Origin: Eledone cirrhosa
Taxonomy: Eukaryota
Assembly: GCA_964016885.1 (NCBI GenBank)
Contig: OZ024740.1
Span: 231,942,001 to 232,006,000 of the forward strand
Direction: 5' to 3'
Length of the DNA: 64,000 bases
Shown: positions 26,682 to 40,165 of the stretch, one piece after another
Position numbering within the stretch: position 1 is the stretch's first letter
Layout of the letters: each line of letters begins with the position of its first letter
Position numbers and translations under genes: made by a program
Notes under the pieces: model-generated
The model's input: only the letters and a program-made list of their open reading frames with translations
Database searches by the model: none
What the model was told of the DNA's origin: nothing

Positions 26682-27086
26682 CTTACATATATCCATACAA
26701 ACGGGTATACACACGTGTAGTTACATGCGTACAGTTCGAAAACCGGTGAAATGTCTGCAACATTTGAGGACATACACAATCGCACAGACTCACGCAGGGA
26801 TTAAGATATATCATATAGAGGTAGGTCATGCTATGTGGCCAGAGAACATTAGGACTATCGAATCAACGACTTATAAACTTGAATAAATATACTTTCAAGG
26901 ATGTCCTTATTATCTATACTGAGGCTGTCTTACTCATTTTCAAGAATAAAAATATATATTTACAAAACTGTGTTTCATTGATAATTGACATCGAATGGTT
27001 GATTTCGAGGAAGTTGCATTTGATAACGATGATGATGAGGATAAGAATCATGATAAATGATTCTCTCTCTCTCTCTCTCTCTCTCA

Positions 27087-27157
<71 letters not shown>

Positions 27158-27463
27158 ACTCTCTCTCTCTCTCTCCTCTCCCTCGCACACATTCTTATTT
27201 ATTTCTTCATTTCGTTTTTACTTACTTTTTGTAAATACCCGTGGAAAGAGAAACCAATGATGGTGGCTTTATCAAGCTGTCACAATCCGTTAAAGCCAAC
27301 AGAAAAAAAGAGGTCAATGTAATGTTTGACAACAGTAATTCTGATGCCCCAATGTGATGACAATTCAGAGTTTGGAACAGGCAATAGATTAAAAGATTAT
27401 ATGTGCAGATTAACCTGCATCCACATATATATGCATACATACATACATGCACCCCCTTCCTCC

Positions 27464-27532
<69 letters not shown>

Positions 27533-27767
27533 AAATGTGTGAAATCCTTGGTACAGTTAGGGGTATTTTAAAAAAAGGAAAATAATAACTTCATTCTTCG
27601 TGTTGAAACCGGTGGTAAAGCTGAAGTAAGACAAACTGTTATTATTCTCACTGACACAATATATGTTAGTTGATTGCTTTTTTTCTTTCGTTTGTAAAAA
27701 CTTATATATATATATATATATATATATAGTTAAAAGAATAGAGGTGTAACACAAAAGTTATTATATA

Positions 27768-28156
27768 TTGGTAAACGGAATAGAAAATGCTGACAAATTG
27801 TTCACAGTTGAAAAATGGTTTAATTAGGAATAAAAGAGTATTAGTGATTGTATGGGTTAGTATTCAGTTGTGGTTTTAAGTTTTTAAAGTTTTTACCGGT
27901 TGCGCATTTCTAAATGCTTTTCAAAAATAATTTTGAGATCGAGTGTCCGTGCTGTTTGCTCAGATCAGAGCAAACAGCACGGACACTCGATCTCAAAATT
28001 ATTTTTGAAAAGCATTTAGAAATGCGCAACCGGTAAAAACTTAAAAACTTAAAACCACAACTGAATACTAACCCATACAATCACTAATACTCTTTTATTC
28101 CTAATTAAACCATTTTTCAACTGTGAACAATTTGTCAGCATTTTCTATTCCGTTTA

Positions 28157-28160
<4 letters not shown>
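27768..28160. repeat. Near-perfect palindrome, arms about 194 bp, 6-nt spacer
   Basis: Centre ..tgctc agatca gagca.. at 27962-27967; only a 1-nt indel was seen between the arms. Confidence 0.95.
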
Positions 28161-28208
<48 letters not shown>

Positions 28209-29427
28209 CAGGCTATATATATATATCACCAGGCTAAAAATTCTAATTTAGTCCAGAAATAGCCGTCGAAACGGCTTGAGCTCTGCCGTTGGGGGGGGGG
28301 GGGGGTCATATTTTTTCCTATATATATATATTAGATTGATTAAGAGGTTTATAATTATGGCTATACAAATACTAAATACATATAGAGGAGCCATTAACGG
28401 CTAAATATGTAACTGTTATTTGTAAAGCTAAGCTTGTATTTTATCGTACTAAATTAATTTGAGTACAAGATATTTGATATAACGATATTTGGCAATAGGT
28501 GTTTGTTTTTCTTCCTGTGTTTCATTAAAACTACTATATAGATATATATGTAATTAAATACGAGGGGGGTGTTTTATATTTCTATACCTCAATTTATTAT
28601 AAATCATATATCTGTTATGTACATTTTAGTAGGATTTAGCCAGTGGTTACTTAATGATTGTGTAAGCCTTATACGTAATCGTCAGACAGGTGTAAATAAT
28701 ATCTTTGATATGCCTAAAATTGAACGCGAGATATTAAATGTCCGAAGTCCAGTCAGCATATGATAGGTAGTAGAAAAGGCTTTCAATTCCTCCTTGTATT
28801 TAGTGCACGTGTTTAAAGTGTGACACTTGTCTTAATCAGTAGCTGGGGAGCATTGAGATATTAATATGATTTTTGTTCTCATGTTTCACTGACCATTTCC
28901 TTTGGCCGTTACACCCGGTAATAAAATGATTATTCTTTTCATTTTGTTTGTATTTTCATGTTGCTTTGTTTCAATAATGTGAAGTTCTTACTTTGTTAAG
29001 TTTATAGGCGCAGCTTATCTAGATATCAGCAATGGGCTTATTGTAGTGTCATATAAAATTGTAATATTTGTATCGTCTAGTTCATATTTTTGTCGTTAAG
29101 GCTGCACGATGTCAGGGTGACAGTTTGTTAGTTGGATTGGGGTGATAGGAGAAATTTATAAATGTCTGTTATAAATGTAAGATTTGTAGTATTTAATAAA
29201 TAAACTTGAATAGACGTTTAAATATATAAATATATAGTTATATAATATATAAATAAATTGAGTGCATTTGAATTGTTAGAGTGTCAAAATGAAAAGGAGT
29301 AATTATATGAAGTCAAAGTGAAGATGTATCGTGTTTGTTGTGGCAGTATAGGTGAATAACAAAGGCAGGTTTATAGGTGTATGCAATGAAAGTTCACACC
29401 TACCTGAATATATAGAGACGCACATTA

Positions 29428-29921
29428 ATAATTGTTTCTACTTTTGGCACAAGGCTAGCAATTACCCCAGTGTATTACTGATGCTTTACTTTATCGACCC
29501 TGTAAGGATGACAGGCAAAGTTAATCTCAGCGGGATTTGAACTCAGAGCATAAAGGGCCATAACTCTATACTGCAAAGCATATTGTCCAATGCTCTACCG
29601 ATTTTGCCAACCCAGCCTTTTCAAATAATTATTTCTACTTTAGGCACAAGGCCTGTAATAAACCCAGTGTATTACTCTATTCTGCAAAGCATGGTGTCTG
29701 GTGCTCTGCCAATACTGCCAATCCACTGCACAATAATAAATGTTTCTACTTTTGGCACAAGGCCAGCAATTATCCCAGTACATTACTGGTATTTTATTTT
29801 ATCGATTCCGTAAAGATGAAAGCCAAAGTTAACCTCGACGGGATTTGAACTCAGACCATAAATGGCTGTAACTCTATGCTGCAAAGCATGGCGTCCGACC
29901 TTCTACCGATACTGCCAATCC
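29428..29921 (-). mobile_element. Three tandem SINEs (family A; middle copy internally deleted)
   Basis: Repeated tttctacttt.ggcacaagg..actgccaatcca blocks. Confidence 0.8.
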
Positions 29922-30346
29922 ATCTGGAGTATAGATTGTACATAAAGTAAAGTTGGGTATTAGAGATTGGAATGTAAAGATTATGATTGTTAAGGGTTCT
30001 AATCAGTTGGAAGGATGAATAAATAAGCAGATGACTTAGTGTGTACGTAAATATTATGCATATCAATACCATGCTTTCGGGCACGATAATGTCTATGAGA
30101 GTAGTTATAGGGGCATGGTGTTTTAGACTCCTTAACTTAATTAGTTAGCAGTTTCAGTCTGGAATTAGATTCTTTTGGAAAGGTCCTGGAACGAAATACT
30201 TCGTTAATTAACCTGACTAATTATTTATCCTATCTGTGTGATCATGAGGAAATCAGTTTCTGTGTGGTTACAATCTATGCTATTAGGGCTGATCAGATGA
30301 CGAATTCTATCTGTAGGGTTTTAAGAAAGTCTTCGATAAATTGTGG

Positions 30347-30552
30347 CGGTATTTACTAAAGAAGATGGTTACCCTATTTATTATCTGGGACGCCCCACCC
30401 CTAATGATTTCTATGGTTTCCGTAATACATAGACCACATCTATTGCCGACGGTATTTACTAAAGAAGATGGTTACCCTATTTATTATCTGGGACGCCCCA
30501 CCCCTAATGATTTCTATGGTTTCCGTAATACATAGACCACATCTATTGCCGA
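30347..30552. repeat. Tandem duplication, 2 x 103 bp
   Basis: cggtatttactaaagaagatgg.. starts at 30347 and 30450. Confidence 0.9.
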
Positions 30553-30569
30553 CTGATCCACCCCAATAC

Positions 30570-31120
30570 GGATGTGTTGTTTTAAGTGACAACCACGTCA
30601 TTTTTGTGTTTAAGCTGCCATATCAGTTCAGATAGAGCCGTGATCCCACACATGTCTATCATATTAAACGAGTGGTGAAGACTGTGCCACCTGTCTTTAA
30701 AGCTTGTAGTTGTCGCCCCTGTGTAGCATATTACTAGTGGTTACTCTGCATTCATATGCAACATTTTTCTATAAGTATCTATTTTGTAGGGAGCAGAGTA
30801 TAGGGTTTCTGTATATGCACACTTTAGCTACAAGGGTTGGGTTAGAATTCTGGTTGTTGGGGCGGCTTAGTGTATAACATTACGTATTTTGTGATGGTGT
30901 TATTTGAGGACATATCTAATTTATTTATTTAAATTGTTCAATATGTGTATGTTTCCTGTTATGTTCTCACTTTTCTCCTATTATAAACTAGCATAGTTTA
31001 TTTTGGCTATGTTTTGGGCTAACGTTTGTGTTGTTAAATAGGATAGTTTTATAGTATTTGGGGAAACATTTGTTGAGTCATTTGAAGGACAAGCTAGCAA
31101 TATTTTCCATTAGTCCAACT
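30570..31120 (-). mobile_element. Degraded PLE GIY-YIG fragment
   Basis: The minus strand reads PLQNR..KNVAYECRVTT..YTGATTTSFKDRW..TALSELIWQLK, homologous to ORF 42082-42642. Confidence 0.7.
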
Positions 31121-31928
31121 GAATATATATATATATATATACTAGGATTAAAGCCCGGCGTTGCTCGGGGTCAGTAAGTTACCAAAGTTAGGTTGCACCA
31201 CCCATTTTATGGCAGCACTTTTTGTCAGCCAGGCACTGGTTGAATGAATTGCAAATCTGCACTGCTGAAGCAGGAGCGGCGCCAGCAGTGACAATTGTAG
31301 TTTCGCCTATTGATATTATCTCTGTGCAAAGAAGTGTTCAAATTTATTGTTTCACAGTACTTGCGCAACACGCGCGTAGACGATGCCAGCCGAACAACAG
31401 AGCTGCGATGGAATTGTTCTGCATGACATGTTTTAAAGGGGGAGGGGGTGGATTGAGGGAACCGCAAACAGGGGCCTGAAAACATTGTCGAATTATGACA
31501 ACCAAAAAAGAGGAAGAGAGGTCATTGTATGGTTGGTGCATCGTGTACGTCGGGTGTAGAAGATGAGCCTGCTGCTGTGCCGACGGAGGGAGGAAAATAG
31601 AGCTGAGCGGAGGCCAGGTGTTGGTGAAGTGTGAAGTAATTGCAGGGAACCGCCTAAAAATGTAAATCCCGTCATTAAAGTATTGTTCACTCTTTGAGAG
31701 TCGTACGGAGGTGAAATACTAACCTGTTCACGGTCCTCCGAGGCCCACCAAACGGGGGGTGGTGAGGAGCAACAGCTGATATTTGAGTAGGGTCGGAGTT
31801 GCAATGAAGCTTTGTAACGCCGCGAGAATCAGCCTTTGTACGGCAGAGGAGTGTCCAGTGCACTGCAGTGAAGGTTAACCTACTTAGAAAGTACTGACGA
31901 AAAGGCAAAAAATAAAAAAATAAAAAAG

Positions 31929-34900
31929 TTATAAAATTAGGAATCGAGGTAATCCTATAAAACCTCCTTGTACACAATGTTTTTTTGTTTTTCCTTGCGG
32001 AACGAACGCGAAATTATCACTCTTGCTGCCGACACGCGAGCAGCCAACGTAAAGCTGACCATGAGAGAAACACGGCTCCCCCAAATGTATTCCCGCGACA
32101 GAGAGTGTTTGCCCCTGCGCTTTGTTAATTGACATTGCGAAGCATGGCCTGACCTGGAACTGGGACCCCCGAAATGTGAAAGGTAGGTCTGCTCCTGATG
32201 GGAAAAGATGCATCCTCGGTATGAGCACAACCTTGCCCCGACCGCATCCTGTGTTTATCGTGGCCTTAATCAGATTGGGAGCTAAGGACTTAACGACCAA
32301 ACGTGTGCCATTGCATTGTTTCGGCGGAACCAAATTTCGAATGAGCATTATAGGGGTACCAACTTTAAGTTTCAAAATGTGTGGGGGTAATACGGGGGGC
32401 TCAAAGGAATTTAGTACCTCTATTGGATAGTTGATGACGTCCTCGAGGTCAGGTGTTCTATCGATAGACTTATATACGTAGCCATCCCCAGAAATGAGTT
32501 TTAGCATTTGATCATTAATATGGTTAACAGTTTTTTTCCTCGGGGCCAGAATAGCCCTTTGGGCAAGCCAATCCATATTCTGATAATTTGCTTGGAGATC
32601 TGGGAACACTGCATCCCTGAGATCAGAAGGCGTACTAACAACGGTATGGCAATATTACCCTTTTCATCCCCGGGAGTTTTGCCTTCGCCAAGTGCAAGGA
32701 GGGTGTGAGAAAATGCTGCTGATGCGATGTCACCTCGCATATAAGCACTCATGTTAGTGTGAAGTTTCAGAATCTTCACCAGGGGCCACAATGCGGATGA
32801 CTTAAGACACGCACGTACTGCATCAGCTCTAGTCCCCTTGGGAATAACGGGAAGCGTTTGCCTGAAGTCCCCTGAAAGAAGTGTTATGCCTCCCATTGGA
32901 GCCGTAGAGTCTTTGATGTCTCTCAGAGTTCTATCGAGCGCCTCAAGAGCACCTCTGTGGGCCATCGTGCATTCGTCCCAAACGATAAGCTTGCATCGTC
33001 TGAACACTTCTGCCTGATCGGAGCTCTTACTGATCTTGCAAGTGGGTGTCTCAATCTTCGCTAAGTCAAGCGGGAACTTGAAATAGGAGTGAACTGTCCT
33101 GCCACCCGGCAACAAAGTAGCCGCAATTCCAGATGATACCACAGCTAAGGCAATGCCTTCTGTTCGCCTAATCTCAGCTAATATTAATTTTGTGACAAAA
33201 GTTTTCCCAGTCCCCCCAGGAGCGTCCAGGAAAAAATGTCCCCAGCTTTGCCCCGGACAGAATTAACAACGGAGTTGTAAGCGAATTTCTGTTCTGGAAG
33301 GAGCTTTGGCTCATTCTCCGCTATGTCAACATTATAAGATGTCTCACGCAGCAAATCCGAAGACAGAGTGTTTGCGCCTTCCCGGTTTGTTGAAGGTAGG
33401 CCATACACCGCCAACGCACTACCGCCCATATCGAGAACAGTATCTTCGATTTCAAGCAGCGCCCTGTTGTAAATGAGGTCACTGTACCCGGCGTCCATCG
33501 TGACGCAGGAAATCTTCAGACATGTAATCTTTGTAGCTAAGCCATAAAGAGGCCAGATCACCTAAGTCGCACCATAGGAGTAGAATAGCGAAAAGCGATC
33601 TTAGTCTTTTAGGAGATTTCATCAAAACGCCCTTTGCCATAGTGGCGCTCCATTGTGAATCATCCTCCAAAAGGCCACGTCTAAAGCAGGCTTCCCGGAA
33701 AGTTTCACATAATTCACCGTCAACAGTTCTTATGTCTCGAAAGCTTTGTGGGCCAAAAACCTCATGGAGGAGAAGGCACAGGTGAAAACACTCATGCTGG
33801 TTGGGAGGTACAGTGTACACTCTTCCTAGACAACTGTCAAACTTGACACCAGGATGTTCTTCAACATCCTGACCTGACTTCCTACGCACCCAAGTGTTGC
33901 TTGACTACACGTAGTAGGACGGGACCTGAGGATATGAAAGTGTTTTTGCAAATGTGTCAAGTTGGCAAAGCGTAAAAAAAACAGTCAAAGTTGTTTCTTT
34001 TGGATTGGCCGCCAAATAAGTAAAGTAAGCCTGCTGGCCGTTTTCCAAATGAACCGCTAATTGTATGATCGCGGGGTGCCTTTGGTGAAGTGGAAACCCG
34101 AATATCCACCAAAAAGCTTCACCACTGCTGACATATCGACCTGCCAAGTACTCCAAGACCTCGTCCCTGCTATTGTCGTTTTGAAAGCCGAACATGGCAG
34201 CGTCGGAACCCTTGTTAACATATTTACATATGTACTTTATCGACTTCACTGAATGACAGAACTCCATATTTATATGAGCGTTGAAAGTTTTCATCAGAAA
34301 TGGACAGTACGGGACCACCCACCTATTATCAACTTGATGACCCCGTAACGTCATCGTGAATCCACCGTTCTCAGTCCGCCTTCGTCTGTACAGTGGGTAT
34401 CCGTCGCCGCCGGTCTGGGTCTCCTCAACAAACCTCTTTGGGTATCGTTTAGTGCACACATGGTCCTTGTGGCAAGAAGAGAACTCTTGAAAACCGGGAC
34501 CGCGCGGACCGTGCACCATGTGTTTCACAATGTTGTACAGCTGCCGGTCAACAACGGGGTCCGGTATTTCCGCTGTGATGACGTCATCTAGAACTGTAGG
34601 GTCTATTTTGGTGACCAACCAAACCAAAATGTGCGCGTATGGCAACCCTCTCTTCTGCCCCTCAACAGTATACATGTGGAACCTAACAGGCCCGAAAACC
34701 TTCCCTTTTTTTTATTGGATCAATTAGCTTAGCCAGCTTCTGCCTGAAAACCCTGGCAATAATATCATGGCGATGGCAGTACTGCTGCCCTGGGATAAGT
34801 TCCCGTGTAACCTCAACCCACTTGGGGTTACACGTAAACGTCATGAATAAATCGGGGCGCCCATAATGCCGAACGAACGTCATAGCCTCCTGTGTTCCCT

Positions 34901-36945
34901 CGTGCATGTACCCCCCCCCCCCCCGTATAGGTTGAGGGGAGAATGCACATTTTGCCGATGTTCCGGGGGTCAGTGTCATTCCTGATGCCGTCACACAAAT
35001 GGATGTAGGAGTCTGAGCGCAGCTGCTTCTGATTCAATTTTATGAAGCACACTTTTTCGGACTCCATCTTTGCAGCCATGTCAACTGCAAACTGGTGAAA
35101 CAGTTGCGGTGACCTGTGCAGGGTGCTGAAATCGTTATGCCTCGTCATGAAGCGGTATGAGTATAAAGCCATGCATGAACCAGTTTTAGATGTCGCAGCA
35201 GTGGGCTCGTTTGGTTTGCACTGAGGAATGCCGAAATGGTACCCGTCTTCTCCGTATGCAAAAAGAAGGGGATACTGCAGGGCGTCGTAGGAACGATGCG
35301 TCTCATTAATACGTCGAAGACCACTGTCGCGACTTTGAAGAACTATGTCTCGCTTATTGTGCTGTTCACCATGGAGAACTACAGCCACTTCATTGCACGA
35401 AGGAGCGTTATAACGGCGTGCGTGCTCCCCGGAAGGTCTTTTGTTAGCATCGATGACAATGGTGAAGTTTGGTGAAGGATTCGTTTCCAATGCGTATTTG
35501 AAACTGCGAATATAACAGTTGTACTAATGAAGCATGTTTTGAAGACCGAGCAGCACGTCCCTTTCAAAAGTGTCAGCGTCAGTGTTTGCAGGTGTTGGAA
35601 TAACGCCGAACCGCGCATCAACTTGCCTACTGTAGTTAGAAATGAAGTAAATTTGAAGGGACGAAGGCTTGCAATTGTGTAGTGGCTGGAGTGACCTAAT
35701 AAGATGGTACACCTCCCCCTGGACCTTGAAAGTAGGCATCCAACCACTTTCTCTGACAACGTTAGCTCCGAAAGAAGTCATTTGAAATGCACAATTGTAC
35801 TTCCTGATGAGTTGAAGGAATTTGGATGACCTTGAGCTAGAACCAGTAAGTAGTTCCTTCAAAGGTTCTAGTGGTTCCCCAAGAGGGGGCAAGCTGACCT
35901 TACCGTTTAAGCAGCACATTGCAGGTGGCTCCCCAGCCCACTTTTTAGCATTGCAGAATTTGCAATTGAAGCGCATTTCCCCTATATTTATGTCGGCACG
36001 CATCGAGTAGTTAACGTTGGGCTCATACTTGAAAGCCCGTAGGTGCCAGTATGGGCTGTTGGGGCTCGTCACACCGCGGGCAGCTTCTTGTCGTCGACTG
36101 TTCCGCTCCAACGTAGAATGTTGCTCCTGTGGGTCGTGGGAAGCTCTCGCAGCAGTAGCAGAAGCCACCCTTGCAATCCTAATCGAGCGCCCGTCTGCAT
36201 CTTCAGAAGCCATGGAAGCAGTCATAGCCGCAGCGTTCCTAGCAAGGCGATTCGTCCGCCGTTTCAAACCTTCCAAATCCCTGGAAGCAGCAGTAGCCGC
36301 AGCGTTTCTAGTCAGTCGAGCCGCCCTTTGTTCCGGGCTCTCTGAAGCCCTGGAAGCAGCAGTAGCAGCAGCGTTTCTAGTCAGTCGAGCCGCCCTTTGT
36401 TCCGGGCTCTCTGAAGCCCTGGAAGCAGCAGTAGCCGCAGCGTTTCTAGTCAGTCGAGCCGCCTTTTGTTCCGGGCCCTCTGAAGCCCTGGAAGCAGCAG
36501 TAGCAGCAGCGTTTCTATTGAGGCGAGTCGACCTTTGTTCCGGGCCCTCTGAAGCCCTGGAAGCAGCAGTAGAAACGTTTTTTTTGGAATGACGTATCGC
36601 CCGCTCTGAATCGCACATCGCAGCACGTCTCGAGGCATCGTATGAAGCCATCTTGGCTAGGCGTGCGGTGCGTTGTTGAAAACTTTCAGCAGCTCTGCAT
36701 TCCGCTGAACGTAAGGCGCTCTGTGAAAGTCTTAAAGCAGTTTCCTCGGGGGACTCGTTTGCTGTAAACGCCCTCTGCGCCGCCGCTGGCGCGGTATGGC
36801 GACCGAGGCGACTTCTCTTTTTAGGTGGCATTTTATGTGAAAAAGAAAGGGTGAAAGTTACTTCTACAGCAAAATTGCCTTTGAAAGTATTAGTCTGAAA
36901 ACTGTCTGCGTTCCGCAGGGGAAAGAATGGGAGAACGAACGGCAA
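31929..36945 (-). pseudogene. Helitron RepHel (HUH Rep + PIF1-type SF1 helicase), broken by several frameshifts
   Basis: Consecutive ORFs carry CKFC..CC (Zn), FQMTSFGA, YDALQYPL, Rep motifs FMTFTCNPKW, EGQKRGLPYAHIL and YICKYVNKG, and helicase motifs SSGIAATLL, IVWDE, GDFRQ, FAMSINKAQGQT, HGQLYVGCSRV. Confidence 0.93.
36212..36572 (-). repeat. 69-bp coding tandem repeat (23 aa, STPR-like) in the Helitron N-terminus
   Basis: The unit ctggaagcagcagtagccgcagcg... recurs every 69 bp and encodes ASRASESPEQRAARLTRNAAATA. Confidence 0.85.
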
Positions 36946-37881
36946 ATAAATAACTCACAGTTTGTTGAAAGCGCGCTTTTGTCAGCAATTTGAAGTTGTT
37001 TGGCCAAAAACCCCTATGTGGTTTTGTTTCACTCAATAAACGTGTAAATATGTTATACACAAAATGTAATTGTGTGTGAGTTGGATGATAGATGTTTTAA
37101 AAAAAGATTTTAAGCGTATAAAAGAGAAGGTTGCAGCATGTATTTTTTTTTTCGATTTTTAAGTGGAGTAGAGAGAGGAAATCACATTGTATTAGAGGGT
37201 AAAGCGTCATGTATTTAGTTTTATCGATTATTTCCGTAATTGTGGGTGATTTTGAAATAAATAAATAGTCGTTGACCTAAGTTAGACCATTTACAACATT
37301 CTTACAGAGGCAAATAAATAACTCACAGTTTGTTGAAAGCGCGCTTCTGTCAGCAATGTGAAGTTGTTTGGCCAAAAATCCCTATGTGGTTTTTTTTCAC
37401 TCAATAAACGTGTAAATATGTTATACACAAAATGTAATTGTGTGTGAGTTGGATTATAGATGTTTTAAAAAAAGATTTGTCGCTATTTTTCTAGTTGTTG
37501 AATAAATTTATCTGTTGCTTTTGAATAATTGTAGTTTGGTATAAAATGTAAGCGTCATGTATTTAACGCTTGTCTCTGTCTCTCACTCTCTGGCTCACTC
37601 CTTTATTTTTTTCTCTCTCTCTCTCTAAAGTAAATTAGTAAGGAGTGGGTAGGTTGCAGAATGTATTTTTTTTTTCGATTTTTAAGGGGAGTTAAGGAGA
37701 GGAAATAAGATTGTATTAGAGGGGTAAAGCGTCATGTATTTGAATATCGATTATTTGCGTAATTGTGGGGGAGTTTGAAAGAAATGAATAGTCGGTGAAC
37801 TAAGTTAGACCATTTACAACATTCTTACAGACTTTGAGTCGAATCGGTTTGAAATTGTGCAAATGTATAAATGTGGAACAT

Positions 37882-37945
<64 letters not shown>

Positions 37946-37974
37946 CAACAACAATCTGCCTTTTATAGATAATG

Positions 37975-38005
<31 letters not shown>

Positions 38006-38022
38006 CGTGTGTGTGTGTGTGC

Positions 38023-38118
<96 letters not shown>

Positions 38119-38127
38119 TTCGCGTAT

Positions 38128-38420
38128 AACTAAAGATGTACGGTATGTTTAATAAATAAACATTCTGAAAGCCCAGCTATGAATATTGAAAGACTGACGG
38201 CTAACGCCGTCTAGCGGATTCCAGCAGAAGAAGCAAGGGGTGACTGTCTATGCGCATTTCGATGTAATGGCTCTCATCGGGCGTGTGCATCCTTTGCTCT
38301 CTGCTGGAACTTGAAAAAATTCGAAAATATATTGTTTCCGCATGTTTAGGTTAGCCTCATTTGCATATGAAACTGTATAGGTTGGCTTAAAAGTAGCTTC
38401 ATATGCAAATGAGGCTAATC
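38128..38420 (-). mobile_element. Diverged retrozyme-like copy, same family as 44158-44555
   Basis: Shares cggtatgttta..taaacatt, ccagcagaag..caagggg, ctgctgga.cttgaaaa and ctcatttgcatatgaa. Degenerate hammerhead at about 38243-38285. Confidence 0.6.
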
Positions 38421-38439
38421 AGCACACATTGGCGAAAAT

Positions 38440-39107
38440 ACTTATAAAGAATCCAGGGCGAAAATGCACACACAGAAAATGATGGGAACAAAATATAGGA
38501 GGAAATCATGGAACTGATTAGAGAGAGTAAAGTAGATGGTAAATAAAGTCAGGTCATAGTATGATATCAAAGAAAATTCTAACCCCAGAGGTGAACTAGC
38601 TTTTTGATTTAGAAGGGCTTTATCAAACACCATGTTAGTAGAAAGGCCATGAATTCCCATTAAAGCTCCGAATGTAGCTATTTAAGCAATGCCCCTTTGC
38701 AGATAGAAATTGTATAGTGGGCAAAGTAGCCCCACAGATAAACAGTAAAACTAGAAATATAGTATATAGCATAAGATGTACAGAGGGACAATGTAGTAAT
38801 AGGATCACAACATATATAGGTGAGATGATAGAAAGGATGAAGGGGGTACTGGCGAGAATTCCAAGACGAAAAACTCATCAATAATCTACCAACATTCTAA
38901 AGTAAAGCATGAGGACTCACAAGAAAATATTGAAATAAATATTATATCTTCACAGAGATTAAAGAAGCGACACATGAATGTAGGTTTAAGAGGTCTAGGT
39001 TCAATGAATGACATAGCAACAACCCCACAACATAGAAACAGGGTACAATATAAGGATACAGAATACCAAATATAAAAGTATACACAGCCAGACAGCCTCT
39101 ACATATA
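38440..39107 (+). mobile_element. Degraded PLE GIY-YIG fragment related to the 46-51 kb element
   Basis: aaaactagaaatatagtatatagcataagatgtacagagggacaatgtag..tataggtgag aligns by eye with 50600-50680. Confidence 0.7.
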
Positions 39108-39500
39108 CTTCTTCTTCGGCCGAGTTTACACTCGCAAAGATTCAGCACGCTCTCTCCGATCGTCCCGGTCGAGCATGACATTTCTCAGCTCATCGATGTT
39201 ATCAATGTTGGCATCCCTCAGCAGGGTATCAATGAATGAGATGGTCTGTCTTCCCACACTTCTTCGTCCGACCTCCGGTTTCCAGAGCACAAGGTGTGAT
39301 GCTATCTCTTCTGGATGACGGATGCAATGCCCTGCCAGTTTCATTTGTCTGCAGGCAACTTTTTTTGATACTGGTGGTAGTGATCTGTATAGTTCCTTAT
39401 TTTTCAGCTTCTGTTTCCAAGAAATGTTGAGAGCCATTCTCAACATCCTCGTGTAACATCCGTCGTCAAGTCTCTTGCATAGCACTTTGTCAATAGTCAA
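39108..39500 (-). mobile_element. RTE-type LINE 3' fragment
   Basis: LDDGCYTRMLRMALNISWKQ..LAGHCIRH..LVLWKP..GRRSVGRQ is a typical RTE-clade C-terminus, followed by a short (GAA)n tail at about 39108-39117. Confidence 0.75.
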
Positions 39501-40115
39501 TTGTCCTCGATTATGCAATGAGACAGGCCATTCTACATATAGATTACAACAAAGAGAACAACAACTACCCAGTGATGATGGAGACAGACACAAGAGAAAG
39601 ACGAAAGAAACACATACACACACATACGCACACAAACGTGAATAAGAAACAAGATATAAAGACACACATACACGCACAGACACACATACACGCACAGACA
39701 CACATACACGCACAGACACACATACACGCACAGACACACATACACGCACAGACACACATATTCACCAGCAAAACACAGAATCTCCTAGAACTAACAGCAC
39801 AAGATACACCCACACACACTCACGTGGGTACACATGCGCGCGCATGCGGTGACGAAACATGCATTTCAAAAGGAAAAGGTGGAGGAGTTAGAACAAGATC
39901 AAAAGAAAGAAGAGATAAAGAGGAATAGCAATACACAATAAGAAAGTCACAGGATGTGTGACGAAAGATCTTTGATAATTAACAATTAAACAAGCAACCC
40001 GCTATTAAACTAACTCATAAATGGATTAGTTATTGAAATACTAATAATAAACTGAAGTGAAGCTGAAATGTTGCGTGCATATTTTTATGATTTGCATAAT
40101 CTCCCAATTGGATAA

Positions 40116-40165
<50 letters not shown>

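Larger units (their letters stand above)
31142..37975 (-). mobile_element. Full-length Helitron (rolling-circle transposon) inserted at A|T within (TA)n
   Basis: The minus strand starts TCATTATCTATAAAAGG (37975) and ends with the hairpin CCCCGAGCAACGCCGGG followed by CTAG (31142). Flanks are (TA)n, no TSD is apparent, and it encloses a RepHel reading frame. Confidence 0.92.

Noticed and set aside
36017-36592. 191-aa plus-strand Ala-rich ORF
   Set aside because: Antisense shadow of the Helitron 69-bp repeat region.
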